From positions 37,068,469-37,132,468 of the forward strand of contig NC_068991.1 of the NCBI RefSeq assembly GCF_001194135.2: a stretch of 64,000 bases of DNA. The letters are read 5' to 3'. Positions 41,437-55,589 of this stretch are shown here, piece after piece. Position 1 is the first letter of the stretch; each line of letters starts with the position of its first letter. The notes under the pieces were generated by a model. It did not search any database. It saw nothing but the letters and a program-made list of their open reading frames with translations, and was not told the origin of the DNA. The DNA is from Octopus bimaculoides. Taxonomy: Eukaryota. A program made the position numbers and the translations under genes.

Positions 41437-42961
41437 CCGTAAAAACCCATGTAATTTACAAATTTCTTTTCACAAAAACAAAAACAAACTTTAGTGGGTG
41501 TGTAAATTACATAAGGAATCTTTTTAGAAATTTTTTTTTTTGTTGAAAAATGATTCATACCGGAAGTTGACTCATTTAATGTCAGAATAGATTTTTACAA
41601 AAAATATGATGAAGTTGACTTTTATTTATGCTGGACAGTATAATGCTTACTTTTTCTGTATAAATTTACTAAAACCATTAAATGGTTAACTACTTTTTGA
41701 AGTTTGACGTTCATGCTGGTAATCACACTCCGGGCCATATTTTACATTGCTTGGAGTTTCTACCTATTGTAATGGAGTCCAGCAATTTCTTTAAATAGAT
41801 CAGTTTTTCTCTGCTTAAGAAGTCTAGCTTGCATTTTCCTCCAGGAAGCTATTGCTCACTTTCTCCACATTAGGGCATTAGGACAATGAAATTCATCACT
41901 GCTACCAGCTCTTACTGCATCTAACACCAACAACATCATAATTCATCCTTGTGCATGTAAACTCACCAAGTGAATATGATTTAGAGTTCCTACAGAAACC
42001 TTCATTTACCTTATATGATGTTCAATGTCATTTCACATTCATGTTGAATTATGCAGCAATCTTATGTTCTTTATGTTCTCTTCCTAGAACATTTGTAACG
42101 TATGTATTACCAGTTCTTTTGGTATAGTAGATTTTTGCTTTTCCTGTTTATGTCTCCTCACAGACGTGTATATTCTAACAAGTTGCTTCTTAAATTTCGC
42201 ACTTCTCTTGTTCAATAAACATTGAGTTAAACTTGCAAAGCTGTTTATTTTCTCCTTTTGATTTTTAATGTTTATTTTAGCAAGTTACCAAACTGTCAGT
42301 TTGGTCTCCTGGCTAAAATGGTAATGACAAATTTTTAAGTTTGCTTGACATTTTATAAGTGTGAAAGGGATTAAAATTTTGATACTCTGCATCAAAGGTT
42401 CCGACAAGAATAGGTAGAAAATCAGAGCTTGAAACAAGAAGACACTTTCAACCAATCAGAATTCTGTTTACATAATCAGTTTGATCAGTCACATTCTTCT
42501 GTCGGTTGAGTAAAGTGTCATCCAAGCTGATGTTTATTGGTAATTAAACTTATTTTGCAACACTTGTGCGTATTTATCAGCTTTGTTTTTGTTGATAAGA
42601 ATTATCAACAACTTTTCCTGTAATTGTGATTTGAGAAGACATACAGAAGTATGCTAAAGCTCTGACATAATCTCTTGTGGGCAAGAAATGTAAAATAAAG
42701 TTTATAATAAATAACACAAACACTTCATAATTTAATAGCTTTCAATGCGATACCTGTTAAACAGAAATTATTTTTATTTGATGAAAATTTTTAAAAATCT
42801 AATCATAAGTCAGTGAAAACCATTTCCCTCGGGCCACATCAGCAATTCTGAAAACTTTTGCATGCAAATTTTACATGAGTAAAAGCTTTTTTTAACAATT
42901 TTTATCCTGAAAATCTCCTGCATAAATTACACAGGAGCACAAATTACATGGGTTTTTACGG
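41437..42961. mobile_element. TA-flanked TIR element with CCGTA termini (pogo-like), coding region decayed
   Basis: Perfect inverted match catataccgtaaaaacccatgtaattt (41431-41457) / aaattacatgggtttttacggtatatg (42941-42967). Subterminal aaattac repeats. No clear ORF. Confidence 0.75.
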
Positions 42962-43504
42962 TATATGTAAATAAACACACACACATGTGTCAATGAGTAT
43001 ATTTCAGCTATTTTTGCATTCATTTTCTATGTTTTCATGGGTTGGACGAATAAGTTAGTTGGGGCATTATTTTACAGCTGGATGCACTTCCCGACACTAA
43101 ACCTTACCAGGCTTTCAAGTAAAGGAAATATTATTCCACACAGCTCTGAAGGCATGAAATGACAAGATAATTTGTTGACAAGAAAAACTACACACACATG
43201 TATAGGTGTGTGTGTGTGTACTTGTGGTTGACTGGCAGAATATAAAGGGTAAAGACCCCCTCTGGTCATGTATGACCATGGGACTGCACCTAGAAAGTTA
43301 CTCTCCAAGGCACAAGTTCAGACAAGGTTGTTTATGGAAGACCAGCAGTCACCCATGCACATCCTCTCCATGCCACTGATGTTATCCAAGGGAAAGGCAA
43401 AGGTTGATCCAGCTTGGCATCAGTGACAACACAACTCATTTCTACAGCTGCAGTGAACTGGAGCAATCTATATATATAAAACAAAGGATGTCTCTGTGTG
43501 TCTC

Positions 43505-43840
43505 ATCATCATCATCATCGTTTAACGTCCACTTTCCATGCTAGCATGGGTTGGACGACTTGACTGAGGACTGGTGAAACCGGATGGCAACACCAGGCTC
43601 CAATCTGATTTGGCAGAGTTTCTACAGATGGATGCCCTTCCTAACGCCAACCACTCCGAGAGTGTAGTGGGTGCTTTTATGTGCCACCAGCACAAGGGCC
43701 AGTCACACGGTACCGGCAACGGCCTTGCTCAAAAGGTGTTTTTTACATGCCACCTGCACGGGAGCCAGTCCAGCGGCACTGGCAATGACCTCGCTCAAAT
43801 GATTTTCTAACGTGCCACCAACACAAATGCTAGAAGGCGA
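43505..43840 (-). mobile_element. SINE family C copy (tail ...gaagggcatcc...aacccatg...gttaaacgatgatgatg)
   Basis: The same tail recurs at ~2812-2947 (+), 5845-6070 (-), 15215-15480 (-), 19965-20270 (-), 30870-31050 (+) and 63530-63700 (-). Confidence 0.8.
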
Positions 43841-45575
43841 CAACAAAACAATACCTACAACCTGCATACACTACACCATCTTTATGCGCTATAAGATCGA
43901 TAAACTTGGGTAGGAGGGGATGGCATTAGGCCCTTAAAAGTGTTCGCGGGAGACAACCAAGGATGACAGAGGATAAGAAATTCCAGTACTAGTGGAGGGG
44001 TGGGGGCGGGTATACTGCAAGCCAGCCACTTCTGCACTTTTATACTATGGTAGACAAATTTAGACAGATTTAGAGAGAGAGAGAGAGAGAGAATGAGTTA
44101 AAGGAACGATAAACTTGAATAAAGTAAAGAAAATAAGTAAATAAAGCGTGGCGATTAAAAGGAATGCATGAATTTAAGACAAACGGGAAAACAAATCAAA
44201 CGAGCGATGTTTACATGGTAAAGAAATAGATAGATAATAAAGAACGGACAGGGGGTCCTTCACANNNNNNNNNNNNNNNNNNNNNNNNNNNNNNNNNNNN
44301 NNNNNNNNNNNNNNNNNNNNNNNNNNNNNNNNNNNNNNNNNNNNNNNNNNNNNNNNNNNNNNNNNNNNNNNNNNNNNNNNNNNNNNNNNNNNNNNNNNNN
44401 NNNNNNNNNNNNNNNNNNNNNNNNNNNNNNNNNNNNNNNNNNNNNNNNNNNNNNNNNNNNNNNNNNNNNNNNNNNNNNNNNNNNNNNNNNNNNNNNNNNN
44501 NNNNNNNNNNNNNNNNNNNNNNNNNNNNNNNNNNNNNNNNNNNNNNNNNNNNNNNNNNNNNNCCTTGCTTCTAAAATAATATAAATACACAATAATCTTA
44601 AAAGTCTAAATTGAAATATAGTGAAAAAGAATATGTAAAAATAACTAAAAAGTACCAGAAACCTGTATACGTTTATAAACAGAAAATATTTACATTGATA
44701 AATTAGAGTTCATATCAATAAATTAAAAAAGATACATTATATATACATATATGTATATATAACATCAACAGGCAACAGGATATATATATTTCCCCATATA
44801 CATTTTTCTATGTGTGTGTGTGTGTATAAAGAGAGAAAGAGAAAGAGAACCACTTCTCAGCTATGTGGTTTTGAGTTCAGTCACACTGTATGGCACTTTG
44901 GAGATTAGTAAAATCCCAGGCTGATGAAAGGCTATTGAGCGGATTTGGCAGAGAAACTGAAAAATAAGCCATCATACTAACCGTGTGTGTGTTTAGCTCT
45001 GTTGCTTGCTTATATTTTTCCTGACAAAGAATTACCTACTCACTTCAAAGCCATGTGAAATAAGAGATCTCTTACTCAAAAGGCAGGTACTGTTTAGTGT
45101 CAGGAAATGTATCTGGCTACAACAGATTGCCACAACAACAAATTCATCTAGCCCATGCTAGCATAGAAAAACAGATGCTAAACAATATATATATATTATA
45201 TATATATACAAGGTGGTCCAAAAGTCATGCACCAAAGCATTTGACATTTTATATATATTACATTCTTATTATCAATTTTGTTCATCATGTACAAGTACAT
45301 GTGCATTCATTATTATTTCATTTATTTTATACAATTTTAGAAAAATTGAAGCATGTATTTGACAATTCCAGAACATACTGAACTTATTTTATGTGTGACT
45401 TTTGGCCCACCATGTATGGGTGTGTGCATGTGTGTGCATGTGTGCGTATATATGCTTTTATTGTTTGCATGTGTGCACGTATGTATAAACACACACATAT
45501 ATATGTGTGGGAGAAAAACAAGAGAATGTGTTTGAGAATCAGTAATTATCTTCAGGTGAAATTTGGCCTTTTCTG

Positions 45576-45577
<2 letters not shown>

Positions 45578-45636
<59 letters not shown>
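45578..45636. repeat. (AT)n microsatellite ~85 bp from the DEP-exon donor
   Basis: Direct observation. Confidence 0.9.
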
Positions 45637-45637
<1 letters not shown>

Positions 45638-45720
45638 AACACCTATATATTAATTATAAGCAAAACAGAAATATCAATTAAATATAGAAATAAGATGAGC
45701 AAATGTGAAGCACTACTCAC

Positions 45721-45902
45721 CCTGAAAATTAAGTCTTTCTCCTGAGTAGTGTCCAGCTGTTTAATTACTCCTGCAGCCATCAGGTATGTACAGATTTGGC
45801 TGATGGCCAACCGACGCTCCTGCTTATAGTTAACTTGATCACAGCTCTGAGTGGTAATTGAATTGGCAAAACCTGAACTTAACCACTGCAGTAACATCTG
45901 CC
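45721..45902 (-). CDS. FMN2: Formin exon, core of DEP-like domain (GQMLLQWLSS...QICTYLMAAGVIKQL...DLIFR)
   Basis: Acceptor ctcctccag|GG, donor AGG|gtgagt. 182 nt, phase 1 to phase 0, consistent with both neighbours. Confidence 0.85.
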
Positions 45903-47874
45903 CTGGAGGAGATAATATAAAGTAATCAATGTATTAAAATAAAATGAGAAATTCTGAAAATGTTCACCTCTAGAGGGAGAATACTCTAAATGTGTTTTCT
46001 AAACCATCCTCTGCATTGTGTATATGGCTAAACTAAAATATATAATCTCAGTTTAGTGTAGAATAGTAACTCTAGTAACTTTATGATTTGGTGTGCATCA
46101 ATGGGAGCCACAATGTGGTCGGTTAACTAGCTTGAAATAGCAACCAATTCTCCTCAAATTAGACCCTACTATCTTAAAAAAGAAGTTGCTGGAAATGCAG
46201 TCTTGAATTCTTAGCACATGGATAAAAGACAGGATGATCAAAGCCTGAAATACTCTGGCCATAAGTGTAGTTAATCTAGGGTAACCTAGGGCTAAACAAT
46301 TACTGTACCATAATGAACTAGGATTTTTTTTTTCTTTTTCTAGCAATCTGTTGGTTACAGTAATGAGGGTTCCAGCTGATCCAATCAATGGTATAGCCTG
46401 CTCATGAAATTAACTTGCAAGTGGTTGTGCACCCCACAGGCACATGTACCCTTAATGTGGTTCTCAGAGGGATTCAGTGTGACACAGAATGTGACAAGGC
46501 AAGCCCTTTAGCAACAAGAAAGTGTCTTGCTCAATGACACAATGTGCTGCCAGGAACTGAATGCATGACCTTATAATCGTGAGCCAAATACCCTCATCAC
46601 TAAGCCATGCATCTTCACAATGAACCAGGAGAGCCCCTGCATGGTGACTTGTTAGAAATAGCACTCAAATCTCCTTCAGAATACATCTTCCTCTCTTTAA
46701 AAAGGAAGGATATATTATCCAATGTAGTCCTGCATGACCCTAAGAGAGGATTGTTATGTCTGAAATACCTTTGATCTTAAGAACTTTTAATCATAAATCT
46801 ACTCAATAAGGTTGACTAAAAACTAAACAACAACAATCACAACAACATAACTTTGTGCACTGTACCATTATTACACAAACCACTACAGCAACATCACAAC
46901 TCTCTGCAACAGAGACATTGATCCAGAATGATACCTCAACAATTAGCTATTGAGTGAAAAACAAATCAATGTAACAATTCAATTAAGAATTTCTACATGG
47001 TCACTAAATCAGCTAAAAATAGCAGCTAAATTTCTCTCAAATCACACTCTACTGTTTCAAAAACAAAATGATACATCAGATAATATAGTCCTATGCACAT
47101 TGAATCATGATAAAAATATCTTTGATTATAAATTTACTCCATTAGAACTAGCCTCAAGCTACACAACACAATCACCCACTACGCATCAATAACACCATAG
47201 CAACTCCAAATCAACACTAACAGAGATGCTGCATGAAAATACACCACAAAAACCAACAGTGCCAATGGCTTTAGAGCAATGCAAAATCACAGAACCTCAA
47301 GAAAATACCAATATAAAAGTCGGGTAGTTAGGTTTGAACCTTTAATCTCTGGTTTCATCACCATACCACAGAGTTTAAAATTAACATTAATATCAACAAA
47401 GGAACAGCAGAAAAAAAACAATGTAACCTCCATAAACATGTGAAGATATATGACCTAGTGGTTAGGGTACTGGGCTCGTAATCATTTGATCATGGGTTCA
47501 ATTTCTGGAGCAGGCAGTGTATTGTGTTTTTGAGTAAGGCACTTCATTTCACATTGCTCCAGTCTATTCAGCTGAAATAATTCTGAGTGCTGGTGCAACC
47601 CTCTCTCTTATCTGGAAGATCTTGTTCTGCTGAAGCAAGAGTTGGAGGGCCAAGAGGGTGTATATGTCCACTCTTGAGTATACAAGCACCTAAAACAATG
47701 AGTGAAAGCATGGTACACACATGCTATCCAGTCATATTGACTTGTGAGTGATGACTAATTATATTGACAGTGGTGGTGAATCCTGCTATTATTGATACTT
47801 GATATCTACTTCATAATGTCTCATCTAGATTTGAAGAAAATAAGGTATTGTATATATCAGTAGTACTATAATTT

Positions 47875-50110
47875 CTAATATAGGCATAGGCCAGAAATTA
47901 GGAGAAACAGGTAAGAACATCAACCCAATTATATGACTGGTACTTTATTTCATCAATTAGAGAGATAAAGTGTATAGTTACCTCAACAGAATTTGAACCC
48001 AGAAATACCCAGAACAAATACTGGAAGTCATTTTGTCTTATGCTCTAATGATTCTGCCAGTTCATTTCCTGTAATAATTTCTTACACTGGCACAAGGTCA
48101 GAAATTACGGTATGAGAGACCAGTTGATCTTAGTACTTGGTTGATATTTAATAAACCCCAGAAGGATGAAAGTTGACCCCAGCAAGATTTGAACTCAAGA
48201 TGTAAAGAGGTGGAGCAAATACTGCAACTCTTTAATGATGTTGCCAATCTACCAATAATAACAATAATAATGGTTTCAAATTTTAGCCCAAGGCCAGCAA
48301 CTTTGGGGACAGAGTAAGCAGAATACATCAACCCCAGTGTTCAACTCGTACTTATTTAATGAACCCCAAAAGGATAAAAGGGAAAGTCAACCTCAGCGGA
48401 ATTTAATTGGTTTCTATTTTGGCACAAGGCCAGCAATTCTGAGGGTGGGGAGTTAATCAATATCATCAAGCCCAATTGTTGAAAGGTATTTTATTTTATT
48501 GACCCCCTAAGTGATGAAAAGCTAAGTTGACCTCAGTAGAATTTAAACACAGAATATAAAGAGTTGAAGGAAATACCACAAGGCATTTTCTGGTGCTCTA
48601 ACAATTCTGCCAATTTGTTGCCTAATAATAATTCTTTCTACTACTACAGCACAAGGTTTGAAATGTTTGGGGAGGGGATAGTTAATTAAATCAACCCCCA
48701 ATGCTTAACTGGTACTTATTTTATTGACCCTGAACAAAGAATGCAAAGAGCCTGAAGAAACAACACTAAAAATTTTTGTCTGACATGATAATGACTCCCC
48801 CCACCATCACAGCAAAACACTTTGAATGATAATAGTTTCAAATTTTGGTACAGACCAGCAAGTTCTGGGGAGGAGATAAGTTGATTACATCAACTCCAGT
48901 GTTCAACTGGTACTTATTTTATCAACCCTATAAGGCTGAAAAACAAAGTAGACTTTGGCAGAATTTGAACTCAGAATGTAAAGACTGATAAAATGCTGTT
49001 AGGCATTATGCCCAGCATGCCATCAATTCTGCCAGCTTGCCTCCCTACTTTGAATGATAATAATGATAATGTAAGGCACAAGGCCCCCTACAAATTTTAG
49101 AACAAAAGGCACAGTCAGTTTTTATTAACCACCTCTACCAAAACTCAACTGATAGTCATGCATATCAACACAGAGATTTGAACTCAGAATGTAAAAGAAA
49201 ATAAGTAAATACCAATTCTACCATCCACTACATTAATTCCAATTGATAATAAATAAGGATTTCAAACCTTAAGTGAACACAAAGCTACAAATTAAGGGGA
49301 GCAGGATGGCTAATTATATTACTCAAGAATCTGGCTGGTATTTTGTGTTATTGATCATGGATAAAATTAAAAACAAAGTTGGCCCTGGTGGAATCTAAAC
49401 TCAGAACATACTGAGAATTAACTAAATATTCAAAGGTAATTTAATATAGTGCATGATGATTTTGGCCCCCCCTTACATCATCAACACTATTCTTCTATTT
49501 GCTTCAGCCATACATGTGGTCATGTTGGGAATGTAATAGTAATATGGGTTTCAAATTTTGGCACAAGGCCAACCGATTGATGGGTGGGGGGTTAAGTTGG
49601 TTAAATCAACTCGTATTCAACTGGTACTTATTTTATCGACCTCAAAAGGATGAAAGGCAAAGTCAACTCCAATGGAATTTGAACACAGAATGAAAAGAGA
49701 GACGAAGTGCCGTTAAACATTTTGCTCAGCATGCTAACGAGTCTTGCAGCTTGCCACCTTAATATAGTAATATTAATGATTTCTCACATTAGGACAAGGA
49801 AATTCAAAAAGAAGGAGTAAACGCAATTAAATTAACACCAATATATGATCAGTGTTTGTTTTACTTATCTCAGAGGGATAAAAGACTAAGTTAACCACAA
49901 AGCAAGATTTGAATACACAACAGAGAGGTAAAAAGAAAAAATTAAAATCTAGTCTCATGTTCTAACTCAACTACAGATAACAGAAAGGAATGAAGTGGAG
50001 AAAAATTTACATTGTTACAGGACCCCATTTCTGCTGGGGTCAGTCAAACTGGTACTTATTTTATCAATGCTGGAACAATGAAAGAAACATAAGCCTTGTA
50101 AAGATTTCAG
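47875..50110 (-). mobile_element. Cluster of ~8-10 family B SINE copies, all on the minus strand
   Basis: Repeated aactggtacttatttt...ggatgaaaggcaaagt...gaatttgaactcag, the reverse complement of family B. Further copies at ~5300-5510 (+), 19320-19545 (+), 52670-53100 (-, two copies) and 58640-58800 (+). Confidence 0.85.
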
Positions 50111-50351
50111 CTAAATATCAGAAGATATTTAGTTTGAAATATTACAAAGCCTCATTGTGGGTGAAGTAACAATATAAACACACACGAATAGATATAGTAT
50201 ATATTTAACCCAGTGACCCTACTGTCTCTACATGCCCTAAATTGTAATACTAAGAAGAATAACAATAAAGAGTACAAAGGTCACAAATTTTGGAAGCGGA
50301 TTGTAATTAAGTTAATTGAAAAAATAATTTTGCTGAAAAATTAAAACCTAC

Positions 50352-50934
50352 CTTCAAAAACCTCCAGATGACTGAAGTTCAATTTAGTTGGAACCTCTGT
50401 CGGCCAATGTAATTTGTCAACTTTAAAAGCAGAATAATTGCCATTTAAAGAACTTTGTACTGTGTTATTGAATTGTTTCACATATTCATTGCCCGTTCCT
50501 GATTCAGGGCCATTATTTGCTGAACTAAGAAGTTTGGCAGAAGCTATAGCACTATTGGCATCTTGCAATGAATGTTTTTTGCTACTTGCTGTTGGTTCTG
50601 GAGAGAGAAGGGGCATGCCTGTTGCTCGTGGAGCAACAGCCATAACATCGATACTTTTTTGAGCCCTGATGTTGTTCATCTGAGCAAGTATTCTGGTGTC
50701 ATGGTCCAACATCGCTTGATCAATATCTGTGACAATTATGCCTCGCTTCGACAACTGACTATTGTCTATTTCTGTTTTATCAGTGATATCCAGGGAAAAA
50801 CTTGTCCGATGACAAGCTCGTTCTCCAGTTGGCTCACTGGTATGATCAAAAGTCAAACTTCTGTAAGGATGGTGCACATCTCCAGCACCAGATGAATCAG
50901 ATGGTGTTGTGACACCATTTGATGAATGATCCAT
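50352..50934 (-). CDS. FMN2: Formin (FMN/cappuccino subfamily), first identified coding exon (MDHSSNGVTT...HLEVFE-G)
   Basis: Open frame from ATG 50934 with an in-frame stop just upstream. Ends GAA G|gtagg (phase 1) and joins 45902 to read LEVFEGQMLLQW. The start codon is inferred. The symbol denotes the subfamily only; FMN1 and FMN2 are not distinguishable here. Confidence 0.8.
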
Positions 50935-51335
50935 TTTCCCCAAAGACAGAAGAAACAGATTTCTCAGATCTAGCGTACTATATAATTAATAGTATCTTTT
51001 GTTGTTTTTTTCTTTAAGCTGCTCAGATCTAAACACATGATAAAACTAATTAGAAAGCTAAATAAAAATCCATATAACAAAACAACACAAGCCCTTTACA
51101 GTGAGGTTATCAGGTTTATTAAGAGAGAAGTTTCTAAATAGTATCCATAACAATCAAAATGAAAAAATGATCAGCAGGAGACCACAACAGTTGTTTCAAG
51201 GATGCAGTGGGGAGACAGTCATTTTAGTGGGAGAAATAGTAATCAGAATCCTGCACAAAGAATGCTTTCCTAAGAAATCCAAGCAATTTAGTTGTTCTTC
51301 ATGCTAGATCTTCATCTTCCTTTGCCTTCATGAAT
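50935..51335 (-). other. Probable 5' UTR part of the first coding exon
   Basis: Strong acceptor tttttgtatttttcttttattgcag at 51336-51360, followed by stops in all frames. Weaker alternative acceptors near 51252 and 51030. Confidence 0.4.
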
Positions 51336-52189
51336 CTGCAATAAAAGAAAAATACAAAAATAATTAAACAGACAAACTTCGCAACCAATATGAAAATTCC
51401 CCAGACTGAAAGACAATGTCTGAATAGGTTACAGGAAACAGACATTTTTTTTTGTTTTTTCTTTTTTATTCAATTATTAAAGACAGTAGTTTATTGATAA
51501 TATAAGGGGTTTTATTTATTAAACAGCTCTTGCCTGTAAGTATTATCAGTTGTATTTTGTTGTGGTCATCATCTAACTCTGATCAAGGAATGGTTAGTGA
51601 GCAGAAGGTGTTCCAGCTGTCTTGGTAGTATCAGCAATGGTAATGCACCAAATTAAATGACCCAAAGTAGTGATAGTAGTTGTAGTTGCACCAAATGAAT
51701 TGATCAAAGGTGGTGTACAATTCTATTGCTCATCCACTGTTTACATTATCAACTTAGTACTGAGTCACTCACCTGTGATAGCACCAGGTATGACAAGTTA
51801 TCAGCAGACAGTCGAATGGTTGGCAGCAAATGTAGCCAAAGTATGTTAGCTTCTGTTGTGCAGTGTAGAGTAGTTCTGAGAGGATTGCAGTGTCTAAAAC
51901 ATATGCATCAGACTTGGAGGCATCATATGGAATCAGCACCACAACTCAAAGTTGCCACCTTTGCACCAGTGTTCTGAGCCTCTACATTCTGGATTCAAAC
52001 TCAACTAAAGCAAACCATTCATTAAAGATCAATAAAAATAAAAATGTCAATCTTGTACCAGGATCAATTTAACTGAAATATATCAACGGCTTCAAATTTG
52101 TGGTGCTATGCCAATGGAAGAAATTCATACCAGGGATGGGGTAGCCGGTAAGGGTGGGCTGCGTCCCCACTAGCCTGCCTCCCTTTACC

Positions 52190-52432
52190 CCTAATCTAAC
52201 AACTACATTACCATCTACCATCCCTCAACCCAACCCCTCCTGGCACTCACCCTGGCTTCTTCCCTTGCTCTTGCCCATACTGTTGCACTTGTCGCTTTCT
52301 CTCTAACATCATCATCTACATAGGTATTCACAACTGTTCCTTCCATCTCACCGACTCTTTCACCTACACCTTCAGAAATCTGAGTTACTGTATCCTCTGC
52401 TCTCTTTGTCTCTCCCTGTGCATAGGCCAAAC
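52190..52432 (+). mobile_element. Penelope GIY-YIG endonuclease remnant
   Basis: Reads FHLTDSFTYTFRNLSYCILCSLCLSLCIGQT, matching the FTC.S.NVIY.I.C..C...YIGQT pattern. Confidence 0.7.
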
Positions 52433-54319
52433 TAGTTCTGAGTTCAAATCCTATAACAGTTCATAAAATAAAATACTCAGGCACGTAACTTGAATAAGCC
52501 CAATCAACAATGCTTCTTTATAAGAAATTACTGCTCTTGTAGGAAATTAAGAAGTCATAATTAAATGCAACAATCAGTCAGAAGAAGTGAAACACTGTTC
52601 TAGGTACCTTACAGTACAAAGTTTTACCCTTTGATGCTTACAGTGTGACAAAAAATCATAAGCAATATTAGTTTCAAATTTTGGTATAAGGCCAGTAATT
52701 TCATGGGAAGGATTAAGTCAATTACAACGACCCCAGTGCTCAACTGGTACTTATTTTATTGATCCCCAGTGGATGAAAAGCAAAGTCAACCTCAGCTGAA
52801 TTTGAACATAAAGACAGACGAGATGCTACTAGGCATTTTGCTGAGCAAGCTAACGCTTCTGTCAGCTTGCCACCTTTATCTTAGGCAATATGGGCTTCAC
52901 ATTTTGGCACCAGGCCAGCAATTTTGAAGGAGAGGTAGGTTGATTACATCGACCCCAGTACTTATTTTATTGACCCTGTAAGGATGAAAGGCAAAGTCGA
53001 CCACATCAGTTTATGAGCTCAGAACATAAGGACAGATGAAATGCCACTAAGCATTTTGCCAACTGTGCTAACAGTTCTGTTAGCTTGTCATCTTAATCTT
53101 AGGCAACATTGACATCTCTTTCATTCTCCTAATTTCAATGAAATTAGTACCAGTAATAAAAGTGGAGCAACTTCAATTAGATATATTTTTTATCTTTTGA
53201 CTGTTCCAGTGAAATTTGCCTACAAGGAAGCAGCGTCTTCTATATTATAGCCATTTATACTGACCTCAGTTCATATATATTATCAACTAGTACTTCATTT
53301 AATGAGCTCAGAAGGCTGAATGGCAGTAACTGGTCAATGTGACCAAGAAAGAAATCAATTTATAAACAAACAAATTATGAATTATAGCAAACAAACATGC
53401 AAGCATCAATAATTCTAAACCCAGTCAGTTTCCTATGTTTTACCAGAATGTGGCTATTTAGATTTTCTATGCTTGCTCATTAAATTTCTCTGGGCAGAGA
53501 TTAATATGGCTGCAACACTGTGCAGCAGTGAAATATGGGTAACAAATGCAAAGAACTTGCAGTGTGCAGTGATTAGAGAAGTAATTAGTAGGGTCTGTTG
53601 TAAACTTGCTGGAGAAGTTGTGCACAAGTGAGCAGAAATAAGCAACTGATATCAAAGGATTCATTGGTCAATGTAAGAGAGAGATGATTGTATTAGTATG
53701 GGTAAGGTTGAGTAAATGTGATTCATGAGGCAGTGGTTGGAGTTAATTAAGTCAGAAACTAATGAAATAACTACATCAGGCAAGAAGATATTAGTCCACT
53801 CACTGGCAAGATTATACAAGTTTGAGATATCAAGAAAAATACAATGCTAATCCCCAAAAATCCAGTGTTTAGCTCCAATTTCATCATACAAAGTACATTA
53901 GATACAGTTCTCTTCTAAAACAGGATACTAAGTAACATTCCAGACATAATCTGCTATTCATTTTCAACTGCTAAGTGAACTGAGGTATATAGTATGGTTT
54001 TTTGTCAGAAACAATGAAATGGCAAGAATAGATTTGAACCTACAATCCACAATATAGCCTAAATCACTACCCATATTACTCTACTAACTATTTTACTTCT
54101 ACTAAAAGAGGTTTCCAGCACACGTTTCCTGTTTAGTTGGTACTTCCAAACACTGTTGATGGTGATGGTCATGGTGGAGGCAGAGTTTACGGCAATGATG
54201 ATGATGGTTGGTGGTGGTCATGGTGACGATGATGATAGTTGGTGTTGTTGGTAGTGATAATTGTTAAAACAAACTTTTAGGTTTACCCATGCAACCTACT
54301 CTATTGGTTATGATGAGGG

Positions 54320-54600
54320 TTCCAGACAATCCAATCTGCTCATGAAATTAATGTTCAAGTGGCTGAGCATTCCACAGACATGTGTACCCTTAACATGTGG
54401 ACTCAGGGAGATTCAGCATGATACAGAGTGTGCCAAAGCTGACCTTTTGAAATACAGACACTACTCATTTTTGCCAGCTGAGTGGACTTCAACAATGTGA
54501 AATAAAGTATCTTGCTCAAAGACAACGCACCACCTGGAATCAAACTCATGACCTTACGATCATAAGCAGAATACCCTAACCATGAAGCCACACACCTTCA
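54320..54600 (-). mobile_element. tRNA-head SINE with CORE/Meta-like body (family D); a related copy is at ~46360-46630
   Basis: Minus strand reads ..catggttagggta...gagtttgattcc...gtccactcagctggcaaaaatgagt...gctcagccacttgaacattaatttcatgagcag. Domain names come from recalled motifs. Confidence 0.65.
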
Positions 54601-55589
54601 GTGGTAAAAAGGAAGAAAAAAGAATGTCATATAGTTATGAACCTATTTTATCAAAAGAAACGTTGAATCTGCCAGTTACACATGCAAATATGAGTGAAAC
54701 TATAGACATGAAATGTATACATCAAGAGACATCTTAAACATAACTGAAAGACACATTAATGGGCGATGTGGTAATGGCAGACAAAGGAGATGAGAATTTA
54801 ATAGAAAGAAAAACAAAATTATCATGACAATGATGATGAGAGAGTGCACTACAAATGCAAGTAATGAAATAAAACTGAGGAAAAAAAATACAAAGTGTAC
54901 CAAAAAGCTAAAGTGAAGAACTAACTCAAAATGTACTTAAATTTATCACCAGTTATTGATTTTAGTTTTGTCTGATAAACATTAGTTGAGCAGTCTCGTC
55001 TGACATTGTTGGTTCAACCACTTACATTAAGATGGAGATGGTGGGAATCTTATAAGTAGTCAGCCTTCTGTCATATTTAACAGAGAATCTTAGTTGATAT
55101 TCTTTCAATAAATAGTTTTCCTTCTATCGATGTTCAAAACTTATAAGTTAGTGTTCGAAATCTGATTATCTTTCAATGTCATCCCTGGCCTCTTTCAAAA
55201 GTATACTAAATTTCTACTAAAGATAAGGTCACTGAAACATGTAAAAACTTCTACAAAAATCCTACTTACCATACTTAGGTTTAAAATACTGTCAGTAGCC
55301 AGAGTTTAAAGTGATGACTTACCAGACCTCTGTTTAAAGTAGTTACGATTTACTAGATCTGAGATGTATTCAATATCAGTTACTCAGTCTTGATTTAAAA
55401 CAGTTACCATTTCCAAGTCTTCTATAAAATACATACATACTAAAACTCAGTTTCAAAGAGATACTCTTAGAAGATCTGAGTTAAAAGAAATGACAGCTGT
55501 CATGCTTCATTTAGCTGTCAAGATTCAGTTTAGAGAAATTAGAGTACCATACAATAAATCAACAGAGTAAAAGTATGTGGGACTGAGTT

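Noticed and set aside
43750-43800. Shared 10-mer ggagccagtc between a SINE-C tail module and the minus strand of the 30-bp array, suggesting a SINE origin of the array
   Set aside because: The match is too short to distinguish from chance without an alignment.
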